Of a DNA stretch of 64,000 bases, positions 35,885 to 46,392 are shown piece by piece. The position numbers and the translations under genes were made by a program. The notes beneath the pieces were generated by a model. The model made no database searches, was not told the origin of the DNA, and was given only the letters and a program-made list of their open reading frames with translations. Every line of letters begins with the position of its first letter. The stretch's first letter is position 1. Origin of the DNA: Pirellulales bacterium (GTDB taxonomy: Bacteria; Planctomycetota; Planctomycetia; Pirellulales; JAICIG01). Where the stretch lies: the NCBI GenBank assembly GCA_040901675.1, contig JBBDYJ010000016.1, positions 72,779 to 136,778 on the forward strand, written 5' to 3'.

Positions 35885-38800
35885 ATGCAGCTTACCGCCG
35901 ACAACCGCGCCATCTCTCCCGAACCGCCCCCGCGGCCGCGCTTCCCACGCGCAGCTCGTCGCTGGGAGTTGAATGTTCGCCTGTTGGCGGGCACGCTGGT
36001 TGCGCTGGCCGCCGTCGTTCCGGCTGCCTGGTTGTGGCATGCCCGCCAGGTGCGCGCCAATGCCGAGGGTCTGCTGGCGCGCGCCGGGCAATTGGAACAA
36101 GAAGGCGACCATCCGGCCGCCGTGGTTGCACTCCAGCGCTATGTGCAGTTGAGGCCCGACGACGTTGCCCAGCGCGTCCGTCTGGCCGAGCTGTTTGGTG
36201 GCTCGGCGGCTACCCGAGACGAGAAACAGCAGGCGCTAAAACTCTATGCCGTTGCCCAGGGATTGGCCCCCGACAAGCTGGACGTACGGCGGCGGCGAAT
36301 CGAACTTCTGCTCCAGCTCGGCTACCTGCCTCAGGCTTCCAGCCAGGCCGCCGCGCTATTGTCCGAGAAACACCTGTCGCACGATCCGGTGGCGCTGCGC
36401 GTGCGAGCGCTGGCACTGTATCACCTGCGGCGATCGGGAGGCCGCGTGGAAGCAGGCGATCTTTCCGAAGCGCTGGAGCGAGCCGTCGAGCAGGCGCCGC
36501 ACGATGTGGAACTGGCCCACGCGCTGGCCGCCTTCCTGCGGGACCAACTGGCCGAGGTCGCCGACAGCGGCGGCGAGCGCGGCCGCCAACTGGCGCGGCA
36601 GGCCGACGAAGTCATGGACCGGCTGGTGGCCGTTTCGCCCGATCGGGCCATCGCCCTGGTGGCCCGGCATCGCTATCGCCGCGCCTACCAGCTCCCCGAC
36701 TCCGGCGACGATTTGCGGCAAGCCCTGGCGCTGGATCGCCAGCAGCATCTGCCGGAGGTGCGTCTGGCGGCCGGTCAAGAAGCACTCGCCCAGAAGCAGC
36801 CCAGGAAAGCTGCCGAGTTTTTCACCGCGGCCATCGAGGCGGGCCTGGCGAATCGTGCCGCGCTCGAGACGCTGGAGCAGTCGCACCTGGGTCTCGGCCG
36901 GGCGCATCTGGCGGTGGGCTCGACCGAGGAGGCCCTCAATGCCTGGCAAATGGGGCTGAAGACCGCCGACCCGGGCTCGCTCGAATTGAAGTTCGAAATT
37001 GCGCAGGCATTGATCGCGCTCGATCGGCTCGATGATGCGGACAAGTACCTCGATAAGCTGGAAGAGGAAATATCGACGCGGGCCAGGTACCTGATGCCCC
37101 GCCCGTTGTCCCGCCTGGAACAGCCCGTATCGGTGCTGCGCGCCGAGTGGCGGTTCGCTCGCAAGGAGTATGCCGAGGCAGCCGGCCTGCTCCGCCAACT
37201 TCTTGTCAATCGGCATTCGACCCCGCAGATCGACGAGCAGCAGCGCCATCGCCTGCAATTGCGGCTGGGGATGTGTTACGCGCAGTTGAAGCAATGGGAC
37301 CGTGCCGCAAGCGTCTTCCAGCAGGCGTCCGACGCGCAGCCGAGCTTGCCCCAGCCGCTGGTGGCCGCCGCGGATGCCTGGGAGCGCGGCGGCAACCTCG
37401 TGTCGGCCATCGCCTGCTACGAAAAGGCCCTCGGCCTGCCCGGTGTCGCCTCCGACGTCTGGGCTTCGCTGGCCCACGTTCGCTTTCGAAACGAGTTGCT
37501 GACTCCCCCCGCAGAACGCCAGTGGGCGGACTTCGAGCGGGACCTGGCCGCGGCTCGCGAGTTGCTGCCCCAGGATGGCGGAGTGCTGCTGCTGGCAGCG
37601 GAATATGCCGCCTTGCGCAATCAGCCCCAGGAGGCCGCCCGGCTGCTCGAACAGCTTTCGCGGGAGCCGGCGACTCCGCTCAAGCTGCGTGAAGAGGTCG
37701 TGCTCGCCCTGGAGCGAATGGGCCGCTTGAGCCAGGCGGACGAGGCACTGCGTCGCTGGGAGGATCTGCACGGCGTCTCGGTTCGTACCACGCTGGTCCG
37801 CGCGCGGCTGCTGCGCGGGCGGCGGCGTGGCGATGAGGCACGCCGCGTGCTTCAGGCCGCGCTCGTCGAGGCGCCTCGTTCCGAGCGGACGGAGGTCGAG
37901 TTCCAACTGGCGCTCTTGGACGTCGAAAGCGGGAACGTGCAGCAGGCCCGGCGGCAACTGGCCCGTCTCGCCGAGCAGCAGCCCGCCGACGTGCGGTTCG
38001 TGCAGCTCCTGGCCGAGCTGGCCTTGGAAAGCCGCGACGCCGACCAACTGGAACAGTCGGTGCGGCAGCTCCGCCGGCTGGAGGGGGTCGATGGCACCCT
38101 GTGGAGATTCTTTGAAGCGCAGCGGCTGGCCCTCTTGGCGAGCGGTCCGCGCGACGACGGGCTGGTGAACGCGCAGGCCTTGCAGGAGCAGATCGAGCGG
38201 ATCCGCCCCTCCTGGTCCGCCGCCTACCTGCTCAAAGGGCATTTGGCCCGGCAACGAAACCAGATCGACGAGGCGATCGCCGCCTATCAGACAGCCATCG
38301 AGCTGGGCGAGGGTCGCCTCCGGGTCTTCGAGCAACTAGTGCATCTGCTCTACCGGCAGCATCGCTTCGAGGAGGCGGACCAGGTGTTCGAGCTGCTCCG
38401 CGGTCGCAAGCAGTTGTCGCCCCGCCTGGCCGAGCTGGGCATCGCCACCAGCGTGCGCCTCGACGAGTCGCAGCGGGCCGTCGCTCTCGCGCGGGCCCAG
38501 GTTCGCGACAAGCCACGTGATGCGATCGCGCGGCTCTGGCTGGCCCAGGCGTTGGAAGCCGACGGCCAGTCCGACTCTGCCCAAGAGCAATTGATCGAGG
38601 CCACCCGGCTTGCTCCGCACGATGCCCGTCCCTGGTCGGCCCTGCTGCGCTACTATGCCCGGGCGAAGCGTCCGGCCGACGCGCGCCGCACGTTGGCCGA
38701 GATGACGCGGCGCATCGAAATCTCCGACGAGCAGCGGCCCTTTGTGCTGGCCCAGTCGCATGAGACGGTGGGCGATCGCCAGGCGGCGGCCTCCCTGTAT

Positions 38801-40264
38801 CGGCAGGCGGTCCGGGCAGCGCCCAAGCAGGCGCTGGTCTGGCAGCGCGCCGCCGCGTTCTTCTTCGAAACGGACGCGGCGGAGGCCGAAAGGTGCCTGC
38901 GCGAGGTGCTGCTGTTGAAGCCCGACTCGGGGTTGGCGCGGCGGATGCTGGCAACGCTCGTTGCCGCCCGCGGGGGCGAGGAAAACCTGTCCGACGCTGC
39001 TGCGTTGTTGAATCGCCAAGGGTTGCCCGCCCGCGAGCAGGCCGCCAACGACCGGCTGAAAGCCCGCTTGTTGCTGGCGCGTGGCGGCGGCCCCCAGCGG
39101 CTCGAGGGCCAGCGTACTCTCGAACAGTTGGTGCGCCGCACGGGCGAATCGGAGCCGACCGACCGTTTGCTGCTGGCGCAGTTGTACGAGGCTCGCGGCT
39201 GGACTTCCGCCGCCGAGGAGCAGATTTCGCTGGCTGCCAGCCACGATGGATCGCCCAAGACGTTGGCGGCCTACGTCGATTTCCTCCTCCGCAATGAGCG
39301 ATACGGCGAATCCAGCCGCTGGCTGGACGAACTCGAGAGCAAGGCGCCCTCGTCACGTCACTTGCTCACCCTGAGTTTGCGGGCACGCTGGCTCGCTGGT
39401 CGCGGCCGGCACTCGGAGATCGAACCGCTGGTCCAGCCGTTTGTCGAGAGCGGGTTGAGCCAGCCAGCCGATGCAAAAGCCAAGGCCCGGCTGTTGATCG
39501 ACGTCGCCCGCCTGTATACCTCGGTCCAACTCGATGCGGCCGCCGAGCAAGCCTACCGCCGCGCTGCGGCCCTGGATTCGCTCGGCGCCCGCGGCTGGGC
39601 GACTTGGCTGGCCCACTCCGGCCGGGTGGCCGAGGCCGTGGCCATGTGTGTTGACCTGGTGCGGGCCGACGAATCGGCTGCCGCCGCGGCGACGCTGGCC
39701 AACGTGCTGGCCCGAGGGGCGGCATCGGCCGAACACCATGCGGTTGCCGAAGGCATCCTGAAAGAATCGCTCGAGCGCCATCCGCGGGATATCGATCTGC
39801 TGGTTGCAGTCGGCACTTTGCGGTTGCTCGAGGGGCGCCGCAGGGAAGCCGCCGCCTTGTTCCGCCGCGCGCTCAAGCTCGATGCCGGCCACGTCGTCGC
39901 CATGAACAACCTGGCCATGGTGCTGGCCGAAGAGCCGGACCAACAGGCCGAGGCCGTCGAGCATCTCGATCGGGCCATCGCGCTGTCGGGCCGCAATTCC
40001 GAGCTGCTGGACTCGAAGGGCTGGGTGCTCTTGCAGCAGGATCAGGCGCGCGAGGCCGAAAAACTCTTCCGCGAGGCGGCCGAGCTCAGGCCGCGCGATC
40101 CCCGCGTGCAATTCCACCTGGCGCTGGCCTGCTGGCGGCAGGGGCGCCGCTCGGAAGCCAAGACTTGGCTGGAACAAGCCCGCAACGGCAACCTCCTGGC
40201 CGACATCCTGAGCCCCTCCGAGCGAGCCCAATTAAGCCAATTGGAAGAGCAACTCGAATCCTAG
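35885..40264 (+). CDS. large membrane-anchored TPR protein (1459 aa)
   Basis: N-terminal TM, continuous TPR-like helices, C-terminal AMNNLAMVLA..LLDSKGWV. Confidence 0.85.
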   Translation: MQLTADNRAISPEPPPRPRFPRAARRWELNVRLLAGTLVALAAVVPAAWLWHARQVRANAEGLLARAGQLEQEGDHPAAVVALQRYVQLRPDDVAQRVRLAELFGGSAATRDEKQQALKLYAVAQGLAPDKLDVRRRRIELLLQLGYLPQASSQAAALLSEKHLSHDPVALRVRALALYHLRRSGGRVEAGDLSEALERAVEQAPHDVELAHALAAFLRDQLAEVADSGGERGRQLARQADEVMDRLVAVSPDRAIALVARHRYRRAYQLPDSGDDLRQALALDRQQHLPEVRLAAGQEALAQKQPRKAAEFFTAAIEAGLANRAALETLEQSHLGLGRAHLAVGSTEEALNAWQMGLKTADPGSLELKFEIAQALIALDRLDDADKYLDKLEEEISTRARYLMPRPLSRLEQPVSVLRAEWRFARKEYAEAAGLLRQLLVNRHSTPQIDEQQRHRLQLRLGMCYAQLKQWDRAASVFQQASDAQPSLPQPLVAAADAWERGGNLVSAIACYEKALGLPGVASDVWASLAHVRFRNELLTPPAERQWADFERDLAAARELLPQDGGVLLLAAEYAALRNQPQEAARLLEQLSREPATPLKLREEVVLALERMGRLSQADEALRRWEDLHGVSVRTTLVRARLLRGRRRGDEARRVLQAALVEAPRSERTEVEFQLALLDVESGNVQQARRQLARLAEQQPADVRFVQLLAELALESRDADQLEQSVRQLRRLEGVDGTLWRFFEAQRLALLASGPRDDGLVNAQALQEQIERIRPSWSAAYLLKGHLARQRNQIDEAIAAYQTAIELGEGRLRVFEQLVHLLYRQHRFEEADQVFELLRGRKQLSPRLAELGIATSVRLDESQRAVALARAQVRDKPRDAIARLWLAQALEADGQSDSAQEQLIEATRLAPHDARPWSALLRYYARAKRPADARRTLAEMTRRIEISDEQRPFVLAQSHETVGDRQAAASLYRQAVRAAPKQALVWQRAAAFFFETDAAEAERCLREVLLLKPDSGLARRMLATLVAARGGEENLSDAAALLNRQGLPAREQAANDRLKARLLLARGGGPQRLEGQRTLEQLVRRTGESEPTDRLLLAQLYEARGWTSAAEEQISLAASHDGSPKTLAAYVDFLLRNERYGESSRWLDELESKAPSSRHLLTLSLRARWLAGRGRHSEIEPLVQPFVESGLSQPADAKAKARLLIDVARLYTSVQLDAAAEQAYRRAAALDSLGARGWATWLAHSGRVAEAVAMCVDLVRADESAAAAATLANVLARGAASAEHHAVAEGILKESLERHPRDIDLLVAVGTLRLLEGRRREAAALFRRALKLDAGHVVAMNNLAMVLAEEPDQQAEAVEHLDRAIALSGRNSELLDSKGWVLLQQDQAREAEKLFREAAELRPRDPRVQFHLALACWRQGRRSEAKTWLEQARNGNLLADILSPSERAQLSQLEEQLES

Positions 40265-40270
40265 CGAACC

Positions 40271-40942
40271 ATGACCGTACCCTCCCCCAGACCGAGGCGA
40301 CCTGCCGTTGTGCTGGCCATGACACTGGTGGTCGCCATGACCGCCGCCGCGGGGGCCGTCGACGGCCTGCTCCGCAACCGGTGGGGCGAACCGCCCAACC
40401 TGGCTGCCGCGGCCCGCAAGCTGGAGCAAGTGCCGCGGCAATTCGGCGACTGGAAGATGGAATCGTCCATCGAGCTGGATGAAGAGATCGTCCGCCTGCT
40501 GCAGTCGGCCGGCCAGATCAACCGCGTGTATGTCAACCAGCAGACGCGCGACCGGATCCACGTGGCGGTGTTGGTCGGCCCGGCGGGACCGATGTCGGTC
40601 CATACGCCGGAAATCTGCTACTCGAGCCGGGACTACGAGCTGGTCGAAGGCCCCCAGGCTTTCCAGGTGGCAACGGCGCGGGGGCCGGAATCGTTTTGGG
40701 GCGTGACGTTTCGCTCTCCCGGCCAGCAGCGCAACGTGTTGCGCGTCGCCTATGCCTGGAGCAAGGGGGATGCCTGGAGCGCGCCGTCCCGCCCGCGGTT
40801 CGCCTATGGCGGCGAACCGATGCTCTACAAGATGCAGCTTGCCGGATACACGCCGCAGGGTTTGCTCGGCGATCCTTGCTCTAGTTTCCTGGAGGAGTTC
40901 CTTCCCCAGCTCCTTCCGGCGCTCGAGCGACCGAAGCCATGA
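40271..40942 (+). CDS. exosortase-associated EpsI family protein
   Basis: VPRQFGDW, NRVYVN, VHTPEICY motif. Confidence 0.85.
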   Translation: MTVPSPRPRRPAVVLAMTLVVAMTAAAGAVDGLLRNRWGEPPNLAAAARKLEQVPRQFGDWKMESSIELDEEIVRLLQSAGQINRVYVNQQTRDRIHVAVLVGPAGPMSVHTPEICYSSRDYELVEGPQAFQVATARGPESFWGVTFRSPGQQRNVLRVAYAWSKGDAWSAPSRPRFAYGGEPMLYKMQLAGYTPQGLLGDPCSSFLEEFLPQLLPALERPKP

Positions 40943-40992
40943 ATCATCGTTTCTTCTTAGCAACCAGGGATACCGCTATCAGGAGTTAAAAC

Positions 40993-41820
40993 ATGTGGCT
41001 GCTAGATAAGCCCGAAAAACTCGCAACTCGGCACAAGGCAGCAGCCGCTTGGGACGGCGCGTCCGCAGGGAACGCGCCGCCAGGCGGGACCCGCTGGTGC
41101 AACTGGCTGGGACGGGCCATGGCGCTCGTGCTGCTCATTCCCGGCTTGCCCATGATGCTCCTCACCGTGTTCATCGTGCGCCTGACTTCACCCGGTCCCG
41201 GCATCTACCGGCAGATGCGCGTCGGCCTGGGTGGGCGCCATTTCGTGATGTACAAAATCCGCACCATGGGGCAGGACGCCGAGGCACGCACCGGGCCCGT
41301 CTGGGCAACGCTCCACGATCCGCGCGTCACCAAAGTCGGCCGGATCGTGCGGCGACTGCACCTGGATGAGCTGCCCCAACTCTTCAATGTGATCCGCGGC
41401 GACATGGCGCTGGTCGGCCCCCGCCCCGAACGGCCCGAGTTCACCCAGCGGCTTGGCCGGGAAATACCCGGCTACCTGGGGCGGCTCGCGCTGCGGCCTG
41501 GCATCACCGGGTTGGCGCAAATCAACTTGCCGGCCGACACCGACCTGGACAGCGTGCGCCGCAAGCTGGTGCTGGACCTGGAGTACATCGCCCAGAGCGG
41601 TCCTTGGCTCGACGCCCGCATCCTTTTGTGCACCAGTCTGCGTATGTTCGGACTGAACGGCAAGGCGGCCCGCGGCCTCATGCAGCTCCGCCGCGAGCCC
41701 CGGATCGGTGAACCGGACGCGCCGGCGATCATCGAAACGCCGGCTCCCGTGGCGGCGCCCCAGGTCGACAACGCCAGCCACGTGAACGCCGGCTTTTCGG
41801 CCAGCCCCACTCCCGCCTAG
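40993..41820 (+). CDS. priming sugar transferase (Bac_transf)
   Basis: YRQMRVG..YKIRTM, DPRVTKVG..LDELPQLFNV.GDMALVGPRPERP, RPGITGLAQI. Confidence 0.93.
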   Translation: MWLLDKPEKLATRHKAAAAWDGASAGNAPPGGTRWCNWLGRAMALVLLIPGLPMMLLTVFIVRLTSPGPGIYRQMRVGLGGRHFVMYKIRTMGQDAEARTGPVWATLHDPRVTKVGRIVRRLHLDELPQLFNVIRGDMALVGPRPERPEFTQRLGREIPGYLGRLALRPGITGLAQINLPADTDLDSVRRKLVLDLEYIAQSGPWLDARILLCTSLRMFGLNGKAARGLMQLRREPRIGEPDAPAIIETPAPVAAPQVDNASHVNAGFSASPTPA

Positions 41821-41836
41821 CACGACAATTCACTGC

Positions 41837-41945
41837 CTCATGTTTGTAGTGACCGGATTCATCCGGTCCAAGATCTCATGTTTGTAGTGACCGGATTTAT
41901 CCGGTCCAAAATCTCATGTTTGTAGTGACCCCATTTATGGGGTCC
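41837..41945 (+). repeat. three tandem 38-bp units, each with a GTAG-type REP hairpin
   Basis: CTCATGTTTGTAGT followed by GACCGGAT-TY-ATCCGGTC (x2) or GACCCCAT-TT-ATGGGGTC. Confidence 0.9.
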
Positions 41946-41958
41946 TAGAGCGCTGCTC

Positions 41959-43263
41959 TTGGCCTGGACCGCTTTCATCCTGTTGACCGCCACGCTGTTC
42001 ATTCGGCCCTCGGAGCTCATTCCCGAGGTCGAGGGATGGCAGATCTACGAACTGTTGATCATCGGCTGCCTGGTCCTTAGTTGGCCGCTGATCATTGAGC
42101 AGTTGTCGCCTGCGAAGCTGGCCGAACGGCCCATTTCGGCCTGCGTGGTCGGCCTGCTGCCGGCCGTCGTGCTGTCGCACCTGGCGCACTTCTTTCTGTG
42201 GGGCGCCCGTGTGTCGGGGCAGGAGTTCGGCAAAGTGGTGCTCTATTACTTGTTGGTGGTCAGCCTGGTCGACACGCCGGCCCGATTGCAGTCGCTGCTC
42301 CGCTGGCTGGTGCTCTTTATCGTGGTCTCGGTGTCGCTGGTTCTGCTGGAGTACCACGGCTGGGTCGACATTGCGGCCATTGACGCACACCCGCAGAAGC
42401 AGGTGGATGTTGAGACGGGCGAGGTCACTACCATTCCCCGCATTCGAAGCACGGGTATCTTCCGCGATCCCAACGATCTGTCGATGATCCTCCTGGTGGG
42501 GATGGTGCTGTGTGTGTATGGAGCCGGCGGCGGGCTCGGCTGGTTGCCCCGTCCGGTCTGGTTGGCGCCCTTGGCGCTGTGCGGTTATGCCCTGGTCCTC
42601 ACGCGCTCACGTGGCGGTTTTGTGGCGTTGATAGCCGCCGCACTGTCGCTGTGTGTCTCCCGATTTGGGTGGCGGCGCTCCCTCCCGCTGATCGTGCTGG
42701 GAGTGCCGCTGATCGTCGCAATCTTTGCCGGACGGATGACCGATCTGTCCACCAGCGAGGGCACAGGCCAATCCCGGATCCAACTCTGGAGCATGGGGCT
42801 GGCCCTGTTGAAGCAATTCCCGGTCTTCGGCAGCGGCTACGCCACCTACGTTTCGCATGCCGGGCAGGTGGCACACAACTCGTTCGTCCATTGCTTTGCT
42901 GAATTAGGCATCGTCGGCGGCGGTCTGTTTCTGGGTGCCTTTGGGATAGCCCTCTGGGAACTGCGGCGCCTGGGATCACCATCGCTTGAAATTGCCGATC
43001 CCGATTTGCGCCGAATGAGGCCCTACCTGCTGGCGATGTTGGTAACGTATGCCGCCAGCATGCTCTCCTTGTCGCGAGCCTACATTGCGCCCACCTACCT
43101 GATCCTGGGCCTGGCCACCGCGTACCTCGGCATGATGTCGGCCGAGCCGCGTCCGGAGCCGTTGCGATTCGACCGCCGGCTGCTGTCCCGTCTGGCACTG
43201 GCCAGCGTCGCATTCCTGGCTTGCACGTATGTTTTTATCCGCTTGTTTGCCCGCTGGGGATAG
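41959..43263 (+). CDS. O-antigen ligase/Wzy_C family protein
   Basis: Many TM segments; GIFRDPNDL, LTRSRGG, SRIQLW, PVFGSG, VAHNSFV..AELG. The start is uncertain. Confidence 0.88.
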   Translation: MAWTAFILLTATLFIRPSELIPEVEGWQIYELLIIGCLVLSWPLIIEQLSPAKLAERPISACVVGLLPAVVLSHLAHFFLWGARVSGQEFGKVVLYYLLVVSLVDTPARLQSLLRWLVLFIVVSVSLVLLEYHGWVDIAAIDAHPQKQVDVETGEVTTIPRIRSTGIFRDPNDLSMILLVGMVLCVYGAGGGLGWLPRPVWLAPLALCGYALVLTRSRGGFVALIAAALSLCVSRFGWRRSLPLIVLGVPLIVAIFAGRMTDLSTSEGTGQSRIQLWSMGLALLKQFPVFGSGYATYVSHAGQVAHNSFVHCFAELGIVGGGLFLGAFGIALWELRRLGSPSLEIADPDLRRMRPYLLAMLVTYAASMLSLSRAYIAPTYLILGLATAYLGMMSAEPRPEPLRFDRRLLSRLALASVAFLACTYVFIRLFARWG

Positions 43264-43275
43264 CCGTAACCACCC

Positions 43276-44190
43276 ATGAGCATGCCCTGGCAACTCGGTG
43301 AACCAGCGCCCGATGCGCTGCACGCGTCGCCGCCCGGTTTGTCCAGGCGGCCGCTGACCACGATCGGCCCTTCCTCAGGTTGGCAACTGCTGAACGTGCG
43401 CGAGCTGTGGCAGTTCCGCGAGCTGCTCTTCTTCCTCACGTGGCGCGACGTCAAGGTCCGTTACAAACAGACCCTGCTGGGCGCCGCCTGGGCACTGCTG
43501 CAGCCGCTGATGATGATGGTGGTCTTTACCATCTTCTTTCATAAAAAGGCGGGGATCCCGTCCGGCGAACTGCCCTACCACCTCTTCGTTTATTCCGGTC
43601 TGGTGACCTGGACCTTCTTTGCTACCGCGATTACCCAGGCTGGCAACAGCGTCGTGACCTCCGAGCGGCTGATCACGAAGGTCTATTTTCCGCGGCTGGC
43701 CATTCCCTTCGCCTCGGTGGGGGCCGCCGTCGTCGATTTCCTGATCGCCTTCAGCCTGCTCATCGGGCTCATGCTCTGGTATGGCATCCTGCCCGGCTTG
43801 AACCTGCTGGCCGCCCCCGCCGTTTTCGCCTGCGTCGTGCTGGCGGCATTAGGCGTCGGCACGCTGCTGGCGGCCTTGAACGTGGCCTACCGCGATTTCC
43901 GCTATGTGATTCCCTTCCTGGTGCAGATCTGGCTGTTCGCTACGCCCACGATCTACTTGCCCGACGCCGTCCCATCGCCGGCTGCCGGCGCAAGCGGCGC
44001 AGGTTTGCTGCAGTCGATCCTGGCGCTGAACCCGATGACGGGGCTCGTGGCCGCTTTCCGCGCTGCGACGCTGGGCGGCGAAATGCCCTGGAACGATCTG
44101 GCGGTCTCCATGGCCACGACCCTGCTCATGTTCGTGGTGGGCTGCCTCTACTTCCGCAAGGTCGAGGACAACTTTGCCGACATTATCTAG
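43276..44190 (+). CDS. wzm: ABC-2 polysaccharide permease
   Basis: RDVKVRYKQTLLG, LITKVYFPR, YRDFRY, LNPMTG, FADII. Confidence 0.92.
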   Translation: MSMPWQLGEPAPDALHASPPGLSRRPLTTIGPSSGWQLLNVRELWQFRELLFFLTWRDVKVRYKQTLLGAAWALLQPLMMMVVFTIFFHKKAGIPSGELPYHLFVYSGLVTWTFFATAITQAGNSVVTSERLITKVYFPRLAIPFASVGAAVVDFLIAFSLLIGLMLWYGILPGLNLLAAPAVFACVVLAALGVGTLLAALNVAYRDFRYVIPFLVQIWLFATPTIYLPDAVPSPAAGASGAGLLQSILALNPMTGLVAAFRAATLGGEMPWNDLAVSMATTLLMFVVGCLYFRKVEDNFADII

Positions 44191-45523
44191 CCGACTGGAA
44201 GCGGCGATTCGAGTCGAGAACCTGGCAAAGCGCTACCGCGTCAGCCAGGCCGGCCGCGGCGGGCGCGGATATCGCACGCTCCGCGAGACGCTCGCCGGGG
44301 CCGCCACCTCGCTGGCCCGCCGCTGGCGGCACGGCCATCCCGACGAGCAATTCTGGGCGCTGCGCGACGTGGGATTCGAAATCGCTCCCGGCGAGGTCGT
44401 GGGCATTATCGGCGGGAACGGAGCCGGTAAGAGCACGCTCTTGAAGATCCTCTCGCGGATCACCAGGCCCACGCGGGGCCGTGTCGAAATCCGCGGCCGC
44501 GTCGGCAGCCTCCTGGAAGTCGGCACCGGCTTTCACCCCGAGCTGACCGGGCGGGAGAACATCTTTCTCAACGGCGCCATCCTGGGGATGACCCGGCGCG
44601 AAATCCTCCGCAGTTTCGAGGCCATCGTCGACTTCGCCGGCGTCGAGCAGTTTCTCGACACCCCGGTCAAGCGATACTCCAGCGGCATGCACGTGCGGCT
44701 GGCCTTCGCCGTTGCCGCCCATCTGGAGCCCGAAATCCTGATCGTCGACGAAGTCCTGGCGGTCGGCGACGCCCAGTTCCAAAAAAAGTGCCTCGGCAAG
44801 ATGGGGCAAGTCGCCGAGGGCGGACGCACCGTCCTGTTCGTCAGCCACAACATGGCCGCCGTCCAGAACCTCTGCCGCCGCGTGGTCCATCTCGACAAGG
44901 GTCGCGTGATCCACGACGGCGACACTGAGAGCTGCATAGCGGCCTACCTGAGGAGCATGGCGCCTCCGGGCTCGAAAGTCGACCTGCGGCAGTCGCCCCA
45001 GCGGAAGAGCGGTTCGCGGCCCACGCTCACCGAGTTGGAAATCTGCGACATCTCCGGCGAGTTGACCACGTGCATCAAGGCCGGCGACGCGCTGGTCTTC
45101 AAATTGCACTACGAGTCGCCGCACCCTCTGACGGGGCCTGCTTTCCGCGTGATTGTTTCGACGATCACGGGCACGCGCGTTTTCACGGTCAACACCAGGT
45201 GGAACGCTGCCTCGCTGGAGGAAGCTCCCGCGCACGGCTGCGCGGTCTGCACGATCCCAGGCCTGCCGTTGGTGCCGGGGGAGTACGTCGCCTCGGTCGG
45301 TTGCAACGAAAACGGCCAGACGCTCGACTTTGTCGACGGAGTGGCGGGCTTTTCCGTGGAACCGAGCGACTACTTCGGCACCGGCCAACTGCCCAAGCCC
45401 ATGCACGGCGCCACGCTCGTCGAGGCAAGATGGGACGTGCTGTCAGGCAACGGCGACGGTCCGCACCCAGGCTGCCTGGCGGCCCAGGATGCCCTTTCCC
45501 GGCAAGCTGATCTGGTTTCGTGA
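44174..45523 (+). CDS. wzt: ABC polysaccharide exporter ATPase with C-terminal Wzt_C domain
   Basis: FWALRDV, GNGAGKSTLLK, TPVKRYSSGM, IVDEVLAVGD, plus a ~190-aa C-terminal extension. Confidence 0.93.
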   Translation: MPTLSSRLEAAIRVENLAKRYRVSQAGRGGRGYRTLRETLAGAATSLARRWRHGHPDEQFWALRDVGFEIAPGEVVGIIGGNGAGKSTLLKILSRITRPTRGRVEIRGRVGSLLEVGTGFHPELTGRENIFLNGAILGMTRREILRSFEAIVDFAGVEQFLDTPVKRYSSGMHVRLAFAVAAHLEPEILIVDEVLAVGDAQFQKKCLGKMGQVAEGGRTVLFVSHNMAAVQNLCRRVVHLDKGRVIHDGDTESCIAAYLRSMAPPGSKVDLRQSPQRKSGSRPTLTELEICDISGELTTCIKAGDALVFKLHYESPHPLTGPAFRVIVSTITGTRVFTVNTRWNAASLEEAPAHGCAVCTIPGLPLVPGEYVASVGCNENGQTLDFVDGVAGFSVEPSDYFGTGQLPKPMHGATLVEARWDVLSGNGDGPHPGCLAAQDALSRQADLVS

Positions 45524-45559
45524 CGCTGGTAGACACTATGATTTCCAAGCACCAAGGCC

Positions 45560-46207
45560 GTGAACAGCGAGCGGCGCCGGCCGGAAGCACCGACCCGCGC
45601 GCGTCGAAATGGTGGCCCCTCAGTGAATGGACCGAACGCCGGCATAGTGACTGTCGTGTCCGGTCTGCCAAGGTCCGGCACTTCGCTGATGATGCGAATG
45701 CTGTCGGCGGGGGGCATGCCGGTGCTGGTCGACGGCGAGCGGGGAGCGGACGAGGACAATCCGGGCGGCTATTACGAGCTGGAACAGGTCAAGCGAACCC
45801 GCCAGGACAGCTCCTGGCTGGCCCAGGCGCCTGGGAAAGCCGTCAAGGTCATTTACCTGCTCCTCTCGGATTTGCCTGCCGCCTACCACTACCGCGTGCT
45901 GTTCATGTCGCGGCGGCTCGACGAGGTCATGGCTTCGCAGCGCTTGATGCTCGCTCGTCGTGGCATCGAGCCGGACGACGATCAGGACGAGCAACGACTG
46001 GCCGGCTTGTTGAGCGGCCACGCCGAACAGATCAAAGTCCGGCTCATGAAGCTGCCGAACTTCAAGCTGCTCGATGTCAGCTACAATGCGCTGCTGGCCG
46101 ACCCGCGGCAGTCCGCCGAGGCCGTTCAGAATTTCCTCGGCGTCGAGCTCGATCTCGCCCGCATGACGAGCGTGGTCGACCCGGCGCTCTATCGACAGCG
46201 CGGCTGA
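45560..46207 (+). CDS. sulfotransferase family protein
   Basis: VVSGLPRSGTSLMMRML, DNPGGYYE, VDPALYRQR. The start is uncertain. Confidence 0.85.
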   Translation: MNSERRRPEAPTRARRNGGPSVNGPNAGIVTVVSGLPRSGTSLMMRMLSAGGMPVLVDGERGADEDNPGGYYELEQVKRTRQDSSWLAQAPGKAVKVIYLLLSDLPAAYHYRVLFMSRRLDEVMASQRLMLARRGIEPDDDQDEQRLAGLLSGHAEQIKVRLMKLPNFKLLDVSYNALLADPRQSAEAVQNFLGVELDLARMTSVVDPALYRQRG

Positions 46208-46253
46208 GGATCGGCCGAAAAACAACTTCCTCACATCGCAACTGGGGCATCCC

Positions 46254-46326
46254 GGACTTCGGACTTCGGACTTCGGCGAGCTCAGTCGAGTCGCGAGCTC
46301 AGTCGAGTCGCGAGCTTAGTCGAGCC
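46254..46326 (+). repeat. compound tandem repeat (GGACTTC)x3 + (GCGAGCTYAGTCGAGYC)x3
   Basis: Read directly; it contains the reverse complement of the 24-nt insert at 53890-53913. Confidence 0.85.
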
Positions 46327-46392
46327 GCGCGCCGGCACTATGCCCCAGCCACCCAGACGCCGGACCAGCCTGAGAGAAACAGGAGATAGACG

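Noticed and set aside
41837..41945. CRISPR-like array of 38-bp units
   Set aside because: The units abut with no unique spacers, no cas genes are present, and the GTAG hairpin fits a REP.
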